Shown: positions 49,244 through 62,530, counted from the stretch's first letter. The stretch: 64,000 bases of DNA from an uncultured delta proteobacterium (GCA_963699755.1 CAVOVB010000001.1:1120001-1184000), one strand, 5' to 3'. The notes: a model not told the origin generated them from the letters alone. Numbers and translations are program-made.

Positions 49244-50167
49244 ATGACGACAGCAATTCTCGAAGCGCGCGGTCTGACCAAGAGCTACGGCCAGCGCCTG
49301 GTGGTCGATCACCTCGACCTGAGCTGCCACCGGGGCACGGTCCTCGGCCTCCTCGGCCCGAATGGGGCGGGAAAGACGACGACGCTCCGCATGCTCTACG
49401 GCTTCGTTCCTTCCGATGAAGGCACGATCCACTACGCCGGCAAGCGGTTTTCGGAGCATCGAGCCGAATCCAAGCGCATGATCGGCGTTTGTACCCAGGA
49501 TGATTCGCTCGATTATGATTTCACGGTTGCGCAGAATCTCCTGATCTACGCGAGCTACTTCCGCCCGCGGGTCGAAGATCTCCAAAGTCGCGTCGGAGAT
49601 CTCCTCGAGCGCTTCGAGCTCGCCCCGTATGCAGACGCTTCGCCTCAGGTCCTCTCGGGGGGCTTCATTCGAAGGCTCCTGATCGCCCGTTCGATCGTGC
49701 ACAGGCCGAGCATCCTTTTCCTAGACGAGCCGACGACCGGCCTGGACCCAAGCGCGCGCCTCGACGTCTGGGAGCTGATCGACGGGATGCGGGCCGAGGG
49801 CTTGGCCGTCGTGCTCACGACGCACTACATGGACGAAGCGGAGCGATTGAGCGACGAGCTGCTCGTCATTCACCAAGGCCGGAGCCTCATCCACGGCGAG
49901 CCGCATCGCGTGATCGATGCTGTGCTCGGCGACCACGTCATCATCGTGCCTCGCGTGGAGCCCGCGCGCGAAGAGATAGCCGCATGGCTACGAGAACGAG
50001 GCGCACAAGAGGTGGCGACGGTTCTAGGAGAGCTTCGGGTACCCGTGAGCAAAGACGACTTGGTGGCCCTCACCGCTCGTTTCGGCGAGGCCACTTGGCA
50101 GGTGCGCCCACCCAACCTCGATGACCTCTTCATCGCGCTCGCCCGGCGCAACGGGAGGTCGCAGTGA
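49244..50167 (+). CDS. ABC-2 exporter ATP-binding subunit (NodI-like)
   Basis: GPNGAGKT, LSGG, ILFLDEPTTGLD and TTHYMDEAE. Confidence 0.92.
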   Translation: MTTAILEARGLTKSYGQRLVVDHLDLSCHRGTVLGLLGPNGAGKTTTLRMLYGFVPSDEGTIHYAGKRFSEHRAESKRMIGVCTQDDSLDYDFTVAQNLLIYASYFRPRVEDLQSRVGDLLERFELAPYADASPQVLSGGFIRRLLIARSIVHRPSILFLDEPTTGLDPSARLDVWELIDGMRAEGLAVVLTTHYMDEAERLSDELLVIHQGRSLIHGEPHRVIDAVLGDHVIIVPRVEPAREEIAAWLRERGAQEVATVLGELRVPVSKDDLVALTARFGEATWQVRPPNLDDLFIALARRNGRSQ

Positions 50168-50982
50168 GCAGCTTCACGAGCCTCAGCGCGGTTGCTGACT
50201 GGCGGTCCTGGGCGGTTTTTCGACGAAATGCCTTGGCTTTTCTGCGGAATTGGCGGACCGCCTTGATCCCTCCGGCGATGGAGCCGGTGATCTTCTTTGT
50301 CGCCTTCGGCATTGGCTTCGGTGGCTACATCGAAGATCTGAGCTACCGGGGCACCGCGATCAACTATGCGACGTACGTCGCGCCAGGGCTGCTTGCCTAT
50401 ACGGGCTTTGGGACTCCGTACTACGAAGCGCTCTACTCCGCATACGTCCGCATGTTCTACCAGAAGACCTGGGACGGCATCCTCGCGACGCAAGTCGAGC
50501 TGCCAAGCGTCGTCTGGGGTGAGATCCTCTGGGGCGCGACCCGCGGGATGGTGAACATCTCCATCGTCTCGTTGGTCATCGCGGTTTTCGATTGGATCGG
50601 CGTGGTTGACGTGAAGGTTTCGTTTCTCGTCTTCGTGCCCCTGCTTGGATTCATCGCGGGCTGCGCATTCGCTTCCTTCGCTCTGATCTTCACGGCCATC
50701 GTGCCGGCGATCGATCACATGAACTATCCGGTCTTTCTGATCGGATGGCCCTTGAGCTTGGTCAGCAACACTTTCTTTCCGATCGAGCCCGACAGCGCGG
50801 CCTTGCGGGCGCTGATGCAAGTCAATCCTGTCTATCAGCTCGCCGAGTGCACACGCGGCCTCCTCTTGCTGGGTCACCCCGGTCCGCACCTGCTCGGCTT
50901 GCTCGGATCGACCGCGCTTTTCCTCGTTCCGTGCACCCTTCTTTCGGTGCGATTGACACGCCGTCGAGTCCTTGGGGACTGA
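50164..50982 (+). CDS. ABC-2 exporter permease (NodJ-like)
   Basis: About six TM helices, YVAPGL, QKTWDGILAT and SNTFFP. GTGA overlap with the ATPase gene. Confidence 0.9.
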   Translation: MSSFTSLSAVADWRSWAVFRRNALAFLRNWRTALIPPAMEPVIFFVAFGIGFGGYIEDLSYRGTAINYATYVAPGLLAYTGFGTPYYEALYSAYVRMFYQKTWDGILATQVELPSVVWGEILWGATRGMVNISIVSLVIAVFDWIGVVDVKVSFLVFVPLLGFIAGCAFASFALIFTAIVPAIDHMNYPVFLIGWPLSLVSNTFFPIEPDSAALRALMQVNPVYQLAECTRGLLLLGHPGPHLLGLLGSTALFLVPCTLLSVRLTRRRVLGD

Positions 50983-51025
50983 GCTTCCGAGACCCAGAAT
51001 TTCGTTTGTCAGATCAATGGCTTAG

Positions 51026-53539
<2,514 letters not shown>

Positions 53540-53546
53540 CGGAGAT

Positions 53547-55730
53547 CTAGACCGCGCGGCGCGGTCGAGTCAGTAGCCCCTGCACCGCGTCTGCCACGCG
53601 CGGGATTTCTTCTTCGATGATCTCGAGGATGTTCTTTGCCGAGTCGACGCTGCTCTCGCTCTCTATGCTGCCTAGAAGCTCACCGATGCGCGTTGCCCCT
53701 ATCTGTTTGCTTGCGCCCTTGACCGTGTGGGCGCTCAGGCGGGCGGCTTCCAAGTCTCCTTCGCCCAGTGCGACCCCCATCTCGGCGACGCAATCCCGAA
53801 GTTGGTCGACATAGCCGAGCATGATGTCCTCGATGAAGTCGTCGTCTTCTCCGTCGAGCGAAACGAGCTGGCGAACCATGTCCAGGTCGAGCACGGGAGG
53901 CGGTGGAAGCGTCGACACCGCCTTGCTCGGGCGACTACCCGAAAGGGGCACCCAGCGTTCCAAGGCCTTTGCAAGCATCGAGGTCCGAACCGGCTTGCAC
54001 ACTACATCGTTCATGCCCGCATCGAGGCAGCGAATTCTGTCTTCTCCGGCGACGCTTGCAGTGAGAGCGACGATGGGAAGGTTCTCTTCGTCCCGCAACT
54101 GACGAATGCGCTTGGTGGCCTGGAAGCCATCGATCAGTGGCATGTGGCAGTCCATGAACACGAGGTCGTAGTCGTTGGCCGTCGCCTTCGCCAAGGCCTC
54201 TCGACCATCGCCCGCAAGGTCGACCGCGCAGGAGAGCTTCTTCAAGAGAGCTTCGGTCACCATGCGGCTCGTCGGGTCGTCCTCTGCGACGAGCACCCGC
54301 GCGCCTTCGCGGATGAGCACTTGGCCGCTGCCGTCGGAGTCGAGCACACGCAGGGTGCTTTCGGGACCCAGACCTAGATCGATCTCGGCCCAGAAGCAGG
54401 TTCCTTCGTCGATCGTGCTGCTGACCCCCAGCTCTCCCTCCATTAGGTCGACCAGCTGTTTGCTGATCGCCAAGCCCAAGCCGTTGCCTGCGTTGCTGCG
54501 GCTCAAGACCTTGTGGCTTCGCTGGTAGCGCGTAAAGATTCCTTCGAGCGATTCAGGAGGAATGCCGACTCCGGTATCCCGCACGGAAAGGCGAATCCGT
54601 GCCTTCTCGGAGCGGTGGATGACCTCCGCTCGGATCTGCACGGAACCCGAGTCGGTGAACTTGATCGCGTTGTTGACCAAGTTGAGCAGCACTTGGCGAA
54701 TCCGGCCGCTGTCTCCCATGAAGCGCTCGCTGCTGATTCCCACAGCCTCGGATACCAGTCGAAGGCCCTTGGCATCGGCTCGGGGTTGCATGAGCTCGAC
54801 GACTCCGCCGATGAGTGCGCGGAGGTCGAAGGGCACGCTCACGAGCTCGACTTGGCCCTTCTGAAGTTGCGAGAAGTCGAGGGTCTGGTCGACGATGTCC
54901 ACCATCGCCTCTGCAGACTCTCGGATCGCGGTGATCATCTTCTTCTGTTTTTCGTCGAGCTGGGTATCGAGGAGCAGGGCACTGAGGCCGAGGACGCCGT
55001 TCATCGGAGTGCGGACTTCGTGGCTGACGTTGGCAAGTAGCTCGGTCTTTGCCTGCGACGCCCGTTCCGCGGCGAGGCGAAGCTCTTCGAGTTGAACGAG
55101 AACGCGGCCGCGCGCGGAGTTGAGTCCGACCGCAAGCGCCGAAAAGCCCGCTAGGTAGCCGATGCCACGCGTCCAGTTCACCCCATCGACCCAGAGCGAG
55201 GCAATCCCCCAGCTGAGGTCTCCGACGATCAGGATCGCAAGTAGCCACCAACGATTCTGAGCCATTGCACCGGCGGCGAGTTGAATCAGGATGAAGAGGT
55301 ATATGTCCGAAGCATCGCCGCCCAGAGCATAGGCTAGCGCGACAGTCGCAGTGACGACGAGGAACGCCGAACCACCAATGTGCGGCGCCCAGAGGAGCGG
55401 TAGAGGATGGTGCAGGGCGCGCCAGCCGAACGCGAGCATCGCGATCCCGGCGAGCCCGTAGATCGTCATCAACTTCAGATCGGTTTGATTCGCTCCGGTA
55501 GACCAGTGTCCGAGCGAGAGCCCGAGATAGGCGATCCCGGCGCAAATGAACATCGTCGGCAAGTACTGTTGCGAGACCGAGCTCACCATTCGCCAGCGCT
55601 CTTCGGCGCTCAAGGGTACGCGCGCAGCGAGCGTCTCCGCCGAGCACGCAGACCCCGCCTCCCAGACCTGCTCCCCCTCCGGTTCGACCCCCATGCCATT
55701 CAGTCTACCGGTCCAATCGCCCCGATTCAC
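53547..55730 (-). CDS. Hybrid sensor histidine kinase (multi-TM, HisKA, HATPase, REC, HPt)
   Basis: SHEVRTPMNG, NLVNNAIKFT, DTGVG, GLGLAI, VFMDCHMP and AHTVKGAS. Start uncertain. Confidence 0.93.
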   Translation of the reverse strand: MNRGDWTGRLNGMGVEPEGEQVWEAGSACSAETLAARVPLSAEERWRMVSSVSQQYLPTMFICAGIAYLGLSLGHWSTGANQTDLKLMTIYGLAGIAMLAFGWRALHHPLPLLWAPHIGGSAFLVVTATVALAYALGGDASDIYLFILIQLAAGAMAQNRWWLLAILIVGDLSWGIASLWVDGVNWTRGIGYLAGFSALAVGLNSARGRVLVQLEELRLAAERASQAKTELLANVSHEVRTPMNGVLGLSALLLDTQLDEKQKKMITAIRESAEAMVDIVDQTLDFSQLQKGQVELVSVPFDLRALIGGVVELMQPRADAKGLRLVSEAVGISSERFMGDSGRIRQVLLNLVNNAIKFTDSGSVQIRAEVIHRSEKARIRLSVRDTGVGIPPESLEGIFTRYQRSHKVLSRSNAGNGLGLAISKQLVDLMEGELGVSSTIDEGTCFWAEIDLGLGPESTLRVLDSDGSGQVLIREGARVLVAEDDPTSRMVTEALLKKLSCAVDLAGDGREALAKATANDYDLVFMDCHMPLIDGFQATKRIRQLRDEENLPIVALTASVAGEDRIRCLDAGMNDVVCKPVRTSMLAKALERWVPLSGSRPSKAVSTLPPPPVLDLDMVRQLVSLDGEDDDFIEDIMLGYVDQLRDCVAEMGVALGEGDLEAARLSAHTVKGASKQIGATRIGELLGSIESESSVDSAKNILEIIEEEIPRVADAVQGLLTRPRRAV

Positions 55731-56542
55731 GGCTTGTCGGAAGGGAGTTTGCGACGTGCCTCACGAATCGTGCGAACGGCCGCTTCGTGTAGCAAGCCAT
55801 TGGAGGCGACCAGCTTTCCGCTCCGAGGGTCGGCCGCTTCGCCTTCGTAGGTCGAAAGTAGGCCACCTGCCTCTTGGACGATCAACGCGCCCGCGCACAT
55901 GTCCCAGGCGTTCAGCCCCTGCTCCCAATAGATATCGTAGGTGCCATCGGCGACTAGACATAGATCGACCGATGCAGCCCCACATCGCCGAATGCCTCTC
56001 GCGCGCTGCAAGAAGAGCGCGAGCTCTGCAATGTTGTTGTCTGCGCTCGACCAGCGGTCGTACGGAAAGCCCGTTGCGCAGACCGCTTCTTCGAGCTCGC
56101 TACGGCTGGAGACCGAGCAGCGTTTTCCATTGCGAAACGAGCCCATGCCTTTTACCGCTTTCCACGTTACCCCCAGTGCAGGCGCATGCACCAAGCCAAC
56201 CAGGCCACTGGAGCCGCAATACAGAGCGATCGACACGCCGAAAAAGAAGTGCCCATGTGCGAAGTTGGTCGTGCCGTCGATCGGGTCGACGTACCAGACG
56301 AGCTCGCCCTCGCCGGTTTCGGCGTCTTCCTCGCCGACGATGCGGTGATGCGGGAACGCCTGCGACAGCTCCTCACGAATCAGGCGCTCGCTCGCGAGGT
56401 CATACTCGGTCAGGAGATCGAAGCGCCCCTTGCGGGCGATCTCGGTATCGGCGCGCCAGCCCCTCATTACGAGCTTGCCCGCTTGTAGCGCCGCGCGCTC
56501 AGCCACCTCCAAGCCGCGCCGACTTTCTCGTTCGATGGTCAT
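55727..56542 (-). CDS. suhB: Inositol monophosphatase family protein
   Basis: GEE, WYVDPIDGTTNF, RRCGAAS and AWDMCAG. Confidence 0.88.
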   Translation of the reverse strand: MTIERESRRGLEVAERAALQAGKLVMRGWRADTEIARKGRFDLLTEYDLASERLIREELSQAFPHHRIVGEEDAETGEGELVWYVDPIDGTTNFAHGHFFFGVSIALYCGSSGLVGLVHAPALGVTWKAVKGMGSFRNGKRCSVSSRSELEEAVCATGFPYDRWSSADNNIAELALFLQRARGIRRCGAASVDLCLVADGTYDIYWEQGLNAWDMCAGALIVQEAGGLLSTYEGEAADPRSGKLVASNGLLHEAAVRTIREARRKLPSDKP

Positions 56543-56695
56543 GAAGTCCCGCATTTTCGCGAATTTCGGGATCTACGCCATCGGCATCTGCACGTTTGGG
56601 GGGTGTTCGCTGGCATTTCGGCCCTAAAACCCGTACAAGGCCGTGCGCTGCGAAACACGCGGCCCGGGCGCCGCCCGATGTAGGCAGATGTAGTT

Positions 56696-58399
56696 ATGGC
56701 CCACAAGGACATTATGACGCCAAGCATTCGCAATCCATTTGAAATGGATGACGGAACCCCTCCCTCCGCTGCTCCGGCGACGGGAGGCGGTCCCTACGAT
56801 GAAGCGCTTCGAGAGGGAGAGCTGCTTCGTGCGCGACCGCGTACGGCAGCCGGCCCCGTTCACATCGGAAGGCAACACGCCAAGCGGCGCATGACCGTCT
56901 GGGAGCGCCTAGACGTGCTCCGCGATCCGGGAACGGAGCCGACGATCCTCTACCAGAACTGGGGTCCCAATCTCGACGGAGCGTCCATCGTCACCGCGGT
57001 CGTCCGCATCGATGGTCGCGAGGTCGCGGTCTACGGTCACGACTTCACGGTTCGCGCGGGATCGATGGATGCGACGAACGGCACCAAGCTCGCCAACGTG
57101 ATCCGCCTAGCCGGCCGTCAGGGGATGCCACTGGTTGGCATGAACGACAGCGCGGGGGCCTTCGTGCCCGCAGGGATCGGCGGTCTAGATGGCTATGCCG
57201 AGGCGTTCACCGCACTCCGCAAGATCAGCGGCGTGGTGCCCAGCATCATGTGCATGTTTGGATACAACGCTGGCGGCGGATCATACCTGCCTCGGCAGGG
57301 GAGCTTCATGATTCAGCCCGCCAACACCTTCTTCGGGCTGACCGGCCCCGGCGTCGTGAAGTCGGTGCTTGGCGAAGACGTGACCGCGGATGAGCTCGGC
57401 GGCCCCGGCGTTCACGGTCAAAGCGGTGTCACCGACCTCACGGTTCGCGACGAGGTAGGCGCTTTGCGAACCGCCCGCCGCTTGCTCAGCTATCTGCCAG
57501 GGAATAATCACGAATTCGCGCCATATCAGGAGACATCCGACCCAATCGACCGCCCGACCGGCGAGATCGACACCCTTCTGCGCAAGGCGTTCAACTCGCC
57601 AACCGGCTTCAATACGCCCATCGACGTTAGCATCATCCTGCAGCAGATCTGCGATCACGGCGATTACTTCGAGCTTCAGCCGCAGCGCGCGCGCAATACG
57701 ATCACGGCATTCGGACGCCTCGGCGGGCACGTAGTTGGTTTCGTTTGCAACAACAGCGCGGTCGCGTCGGGCCAAATCGACGTCGACGCGGCGTTCAAGA
57801 ACTCTCGCTTCATCCGCTTCTGCAACCTCTACAACATTCCGGTGATCTTCATGGAGGACACGACCGGCTTCTTGCCGGGTCGCGACCAGGAAAGCCGAGG
57901 CATCGTGCAAGCGGGTCGGGCCATGCTCGATTCGATCATCGATCTCCGGACGCCCCGACTGCTGCTCATCATTCGCAACGCGTTTGGTGGCGCATATGCA
58001 GCGTTCAACTGCTACGCAACCGGTGCGGACCACGTCATGGCGCTTCCGACGACGCGCGTCGCGGTCATGGGTCCGGCCGGTAAGGAGTTCGTCTACAAGA
58101 ATGAAATGCGGGAGATGCGCAATCAAGCCAAGGCGCGCATGCAAAAAGCAATTGCGGCCGGCGCCTCCAAGGAGGATGCCGAGGAAGAGATGGCAGCCTG
58201 GATCAAAGCACAGGATGCTGCATTGAGCGCCCGATACGAGAAGGAGCTCATGAACCCGAAGGAGGCCCTGAGCCTAGGTTCGATCTCCGAAATCGTTCCG
58301 CCAACCGACGTGAGAGCGGCACTCGCAAAGAACCTCGATTTCTATCTCTCCCACTACAGTCCCGGGCCGCTGCAGGCGGTTCAGCGAGAGTTCCACTGA
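56696..58399 (+). CDS. Acyl-CoA carboxylase carboxyltransferase subunit
   Basis: [45 protein letters not shown] and AVMGP. Start is 56696 or 56714. Confidence 0.92.
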   Translation: MAHKDIMTPSIRNPFEMDDGTPPSAAPATGGGPYDEALREGELLRARPRTAAGPVHIGRQHAKRRMTVWERLDVLRDPGTEPTILYQNWGPNLDGASIVTAVVRIDGREVAVYGHDFTVRAGSMDATNGTKLANVIRLAGRQGMPLVGMNDSAGAFVPAGIGGLDGYAEAFTALRKISGVVPSIMCMFGYNAGGGSYLPRQGSFMIQPANTFFGLTGPGVVKSVLGEDVTADELGGPGVHGQSGVTDLTVRDEVGALRTARRLLSYLPGNNHEFAPYQETSDPIDRPTGEIDTLLRKAFNSPTGFNTPIDVSIILQQICDHGDYFELQPQRARNTITAFGRLGGHVVGFVCNNSAVASGQIDVDAAFKNSRFIRFCNLYNIPVIFMEDTTGFLPGRDQESRGIVQAGRAMLDSIIDLRTPRLLLIIRNAFGGAYAAFNCYATGADHVMALPTTRVAVMGPAGKEFVYKNEMREMRNQAKARMQKAIAAGASKEDAEEEMAAWIKAQDAALSARYEKELMNPKEALSLGSISEIVPPTDVRAALAKNLDFYLSHYSPGPLQAVQREFH

Positions 58400-61203
58400 T
58401 GCCTTCAGACAGCTACATGCACAACCCGCTCATTCATCGGGACCGCCGCCTCGGACAGTCGGAGTCTGACTGGGTGCGCTCGTTCAGCTGCGAGGACATG
58501 ACCGTCCTCATCGTCTGTCGCGGCCCTATTCGCCAGGAAGCGCTCGACATCTTTGCCGAAATGGGGATGAGCAAGGTCGGAATCCTGCTCTCCGAAAAGG
58601 ACTCGATCGTCTACCCTCGCGCCCTGGCCCCTGAGCTTCGCCGCCTCGATCCTTCCCGCGTTCACTCGGTTTCCGACTACACCGGCGCAAGCAAGGAAGA
58701 GCGCGCCGAGCGCATCCAGCAGATCATCGGGATCGCGAAGGGCAAGGGCTACGATTACGTGTTCGCTGGCTACGGTTTCATGGCCGAGGACGAGCAGTTC
58801 GTTCGCTCGATCGAAGAGGCCGGCCTTCGTTTCATCGGGCCTTGCTCGTATACGGTGCAGGCGGCTGGCTTCAAGGACGAGGCCAAGCGCACCGCGGAGC
58901 GGGTCGATGTCAGCGTGACGCCGGGCATCAACAACGCCACGGCCCGATTGCTTCTGAAGAACTATCCGGACCGCAAAGCGCTCGAAAAGCTCGCCAAGAA
59001 GCACAGGCTCGAAGTCGCGGAGCTCGGCGACGAAGAGGTCGAGCTCGAAACATTGGCGGACGCCATTCTCGGAGCGAGCTATGACGCGCACATCGATCTC
59101 TACACCGTGGATGAGTTGGCGGCACAGATTAAAATCGAGGTCGGGAACATCCTCGAGAAGTACGAGGGCAGCCGGATTCGTCTCAAGGCCATCGGCGGTG
59201 GAGGTGGCAAGGGGCAGCGCATCGTCGACAGTGCGGACCAGGCGCCTGGGATGGTTCGTGAGATCTTGGGCGAGGTGAAAGCGCTCGGTGTAGGTGACAA
59301 CAAGAACATCCTGGTCGAGCTGAACATCGAGACGACACGGCACAACGAAATCCAACTGCTCGGAAACGGCGACTGGACCATTTCGCTTGGCGGGCGCGAC
59401 TGTTCGCTGCAGATGCACGAGCAGAAGCTACTCGAGGTCTCGATTACGCAGGAGACGCTTGCCGCTGCAGTCGAGCGTGAGCGCGCTGCGGGCAAGGAAG
59501 CCCAAGCCAGCGCCATCGAGCAAGACTTGAACATCCTTCGCCGGATGGAGGAACAAGCGGAGCGCTTCGGCGAAGCGGTGAAGCTCGACTCCGCGTCGAC
59601 CTTCGAATGCATCGTCGATGGGCCGCGCCACTACTTCATGGAAGTAAACACGCGAATCCAGGTCGAGCATCGGGTGTCCGAGCTCTGCTACGCACTGCGA
59701 TTCACCCATCCAGAGGACCCCGAGGACAGCTTCGAGGTGCACTCGCTCGTCGAGGCGATGGCTCTGCTCGCAAAGCACAAGGCGAGGCTGCCGCGGCCAC
59801 GGCGTGTTCAACGCGATGCGGCTGCGGTGGAGGCTCGCCTCAACGCGACCGATCAGTCGCTCTCTCCCCATGCGGGTGGCGAGATCATGAGTTGGTCGGA
59901 TCCGATCGAAGGCGAGGTTCGCGACGACCAGGGCATCTGCTTCAAGAACCCCGATACCAATCTCTTCATGCGCTACAAGCTGGCCGGTGCGTACGACAGC
60001 AACATCGCGCTTCTGGTCACGACCGGCGACGATCGCCGAGACAGCTACGAGCACCTACGAGAGGTGCTTCGCTGCACGGTGCTTCGGGGCCCGGACCTTC
60101 AGACGAACCTGCAGTTCCACTACGGGCTGGTACACTGGTTCCTCGCGAACGGCGTCGACGCCAAGCCAACCACCCGCTTTGTCGTGCCCTACCTCACGCT
60201 GATCGGCGAGCTGCTGAACGAGGCTAACGAAATCGATGCGGACTACGCCTACCAGCGACTCTGCCAGCAGTATCTGAAGACCGTTTCGGGGGATCCCGCC
60301 GCCGCAAAAGCAACCAACGACCTCTGCATCCTGAAGAAGACGATTCTCGGGCGTCCGCTCGGTCGGATTCTGAGGCAACCGCACCTGCTTTCGGCCTGGC
60401 TCAGCTCGAACAAGAACAACTTCGAAATGGAGAAGGGCCGCGTCATCTGGCTGCGCAACCCGCTCCTGGTGCTCGCCGACACGTACTACCTTCTCCACAT
60501 GGACGCGGCTGTGAATCTGCCGGCGGCACACCGGATTTGGGAGCAGGACCAGGAAGTGCTTCGCGATGGGGCCGCGTTCTACGCGACCGCGCAGGAGCGC
60601 CTGGGCGACCTCAGTTGGCCCGAGCTTGACCGGACCCTGAAGTCCGAGAAGACCCCGAAGGGTTTCGACGCTGCCCAGTGGAGGCGGGTCCGCGAAGCGC
60701 ACCTGGGCTTTCAGCTGGGCATGGAGCTCTACAGCTTGCTTCCCCTGATCGGTCACAAAGTCGGCTTCTTCGAGCTCAAAGTCAACGAGGACCTCACGAT
60801 CAGCATTCCCGAGCGGCTTTTCGATCGCGACCATCAGGCAAGGATGAAGAAGGTGCTCGTCCCACCACCAGTCAACAAGGCCGACGAGATCGTCGCCATG
60901 AGCGGCGGCATGTACTACGCGCAAGAGGCGCCAGGGATGCCCCATTTCATCGAAGAGGGGCAACACTTCGAGACAGGCGACCCGCTATACATCGTCGAAG
61001 TCATGAAGATGTTCAACAAGGTCTACGCTCCGTTTTCGGGCACCGTTGACAAGATTCTCGTCAACACGAATGGGACCATCGTCTCGAAGGGTCAGCCTCT
61101 GTTCAAGGTTACGCCCGACGAACAGTTCGTCGAAGAAGACCCCGCAAAGACGAAGGCCCGCATCGAGTCGAACACCGAGCAGTATCTCGCGGTCGTCGCC
61201 TAG
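58399..61203 (+). CDS. Biotin carboxylase fused to biotin carboxyl carrier domain
   Basis: GYGFMAE, GGGGKG, RDCSLQ, FMEVNTRIQVEH, YDS and a C-terminal EVMKM biotinylation motif. Confidence 0.92.
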   Translation: MPSDSYMHNPLIHRDRRLGQSESDWVRSFSCEDMTVLIVCRGPIRQEALDIFAEMGMSKVGILLSEKDSIVYPRALAPELRRLDPSRVHSVSDYTGASKEERAERIQQIIGIAKGKGYDYVFAGYGFMAEDEQFVRSIEEAGLRFIGPCSYTVQAAGFKDEAKRTAERVDVSVTPGINNATARLLLKNYPDRKALEKLAKKHRLEVAELGDEEVELETLADAILGASYDAHIDLYTVDELAAQIKIEVGNILEKYEGSRIRLKAIGGGGGKGQRIVDSADQAPGMVREILGEVKALGVGDNKNILVELNIETTRHNEIQLLGNGDWTISLGGRDCSLQMHEQKLLEVSITQETLAAAVERERAAGKEAQASAIEQDLNILRRMEEQAERFGEAVKLDSASTFECIVDGPRHYFMEVNTRIQVEHRVSELCYALRFTHPEDPEDSFEVHSLVEAMALLAKHKARLPRPRRVQRDAAAVEARLNATDQSLSPHAGGEIMSWSDPIEGEVRDDQGICFKNPDTNLFMRYKLAGAYDSNIALLVTTGDDRRDSYEHLREVLRCTVLRGPDLQTNLQFHYGLVHWFLANGVDAKPTTRFVVPYLTLIGELLNEANEIDADYAYQRLCQQYLKTVSGDPAAAKATNDLCILKKTILGRPLGRILRQPHLLSAWLSSNKNNFEMEKGRVIWLRNPLLVLADTYYLLHMDAAVNLPAAHRIWEQDQEVLRDGAAFYATAQERLGDLSWPELDRTLKSEKTPKGFDAAQWRRVREAHLGFQLGMELYSLLPLIGHKVGFFELKVNEDLTISIPERLFDRDHQARMKKVLVPPPVNKADEIVAMSGGMYYAQEAPGMPHFIEEGQHFETGDPLYIVEVMKMFNKVYAPFSGTVDKILVNTNGTIVSKGQPLFKVTPDEQFVEEDPAKTKARIESNTEQYLAVVA

Positions 61204-61212
61204 ACCCCTCGC

Positions 61213-62268
61213 TCAGAGTCGGTCGTCCCGGGCTGTCGCCACGACCACGCGGTTCCGACCCGCGGCTTTTGCCCGAAAAAGAGCTCGGTCTGCGGTGGTC
61301 ATCAGGCGCTCCTTGAGGTCGCGCGCTGGTTGGCCATTGAGATGGCGCAAGCCGTTGAGCAACGCAACTCCGACCGAAACCGTGATCGTTGGCAGCGTTC
61401 CTGCCGGGCGCATCGGCCCTGCGGTGTTCGCGGCGACGTGGCTCCGCAAGTGATTCGCCAGCGCGCATGCGCTCTCTTTCGAGGTGCGCTTCTGGACGAC
61501 GATGAATTCGTCGCCGCCGAAACGGAACACCTCGCCGACACCGGCTGCGGCTTCGTGGAGCGCCCTGCCTGTGCGCTTCAGAGCTTCGCTTCCGGCCGCA
61601 TGTCCGAGCTTACTGTTTACCCGCTTCAGATGGTCGACGTCCACGAACATGACTGCGAGATCGCGTTCGCCTCTACGCGCTGAGCTCACGGCCCTGGTCA
61701 GCTCACTGTCGAGCTTCCGAACGTTTTGCAGGCCGGTCAGCGGATCGTGTGCGGCCAGACCCTCTTGCCTTCGGAGCGATGAGGTTTGAATCAATGATGT
61801 CGTGATATAGGTCGCAAGCCCTTCGATCACCTGAAGATCACGGCGCGTGAAGCGGGCGGGCGAGTTCGGATTGACCAGCTGCAGGACTCCGATCGGCCGG
61901 TTCCCATCGCGAAGGGGAGCGAACAAGGCCACGCGGGTTTGCTGTGACGAGCGCTCCGAGAACTGCGGGTCCGACGCAAGTGATGATGCAACGAAAGGCG
62001 TTCGCCTCCCGAGTGCGCGCTTGGCCAAGCTTGGATGACCCGCGGTCCCGCGTTCGAGCAGCAGCTTCCCTTCCGGACCGCAGCTGGCGACGCAACGAAG
62101 CGACTCCACCGTCTGTCCGACGTAGAGCGCACCAGCGGTTGCTCGAACGGCACGCGCGGCTGCCACGAGCCCTTCTTCGAGGACACGCATGGCCGGCCGC
62201 GCCCGGGAGCTCGATGCCCCGAGAACGGATTCCTCGAGCTTTGCCCCCCTCAAGATGTGAACCCGCAC
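61213..62268 (-). CDS. GAF-GGDEF diguanylate cyclase
   Basis: GAF domain (LFAPL...IGVLQLVN), HDPLTGL, DVDHLKRVN, RFGGDEF and ADRALFRAKAAGRNR. Start inferred at GTG 62268. Confidence 0.88.
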   Translation of the reverse strand: MRVHILRGAKLEESVLGASSSRARPAMRVLEEGLVAAARAVRATAGALYVGQTVESLRCVASCGPEGKLLLERGTAGHPSLAKRALGRRTPFVASSLASDPQFSERSSQQTRVALFAPLRDGNRPIGVLQLVNPNSPARFTRRDLQVIEGLATYITTSLIQTSSLRRQEGLAAHDPLTGLQNVRKLDSELTRAVSSARRGERDLAVMFVDVDHLKRVNSKLGHAAGSEALKRTGRALHEAAAGVGEVFRFGGDEFIVVQKRTSKESACALANHLRSHVAANTAGPMRPAGTLPTITVSVGVALLNGLRHLNGQPARDLKERLMTTADRALFRAKAAGRNRVVVATARDDRL

Positions 62269-62403
62269 GATCAAATCGTAGGCAGTTCGGGCACGATAAG
62301 CCAACGGAGTGCTCCATTGTGCGGGTTTGTAGGTACGCGCTCGGGATGATCTCATGGACGCTCCGCGACGCCTGGCTCTGCCGGGCCTCGATGGCGAGTG
62401 GGC

Positions 62404-62473
62404 GCGGAATCCCCAAGTTTTGCTTGCGATCACGGCCTTCGGGCCCGAGGTTCAGCGAGACTGGGGTTTCCGC
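62404..62473 (+). other. Long imperfect stem-loop capped by a cUUCGg tetraloop; candidate structured RNA
   Basis: GCGGAATCCCCAAGTTTTGCT pairs with AGCGAGACTGGGGTTTCCGC around GGCC-TTCG-GGCC. Confidence 0.45.
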
Positions 62474-62530
62474 AACTTCTTCTGGTGGCGGGCCCCTGTG
62501 GGTACACTAGAAGCTCCACTGGGGGTGCCA

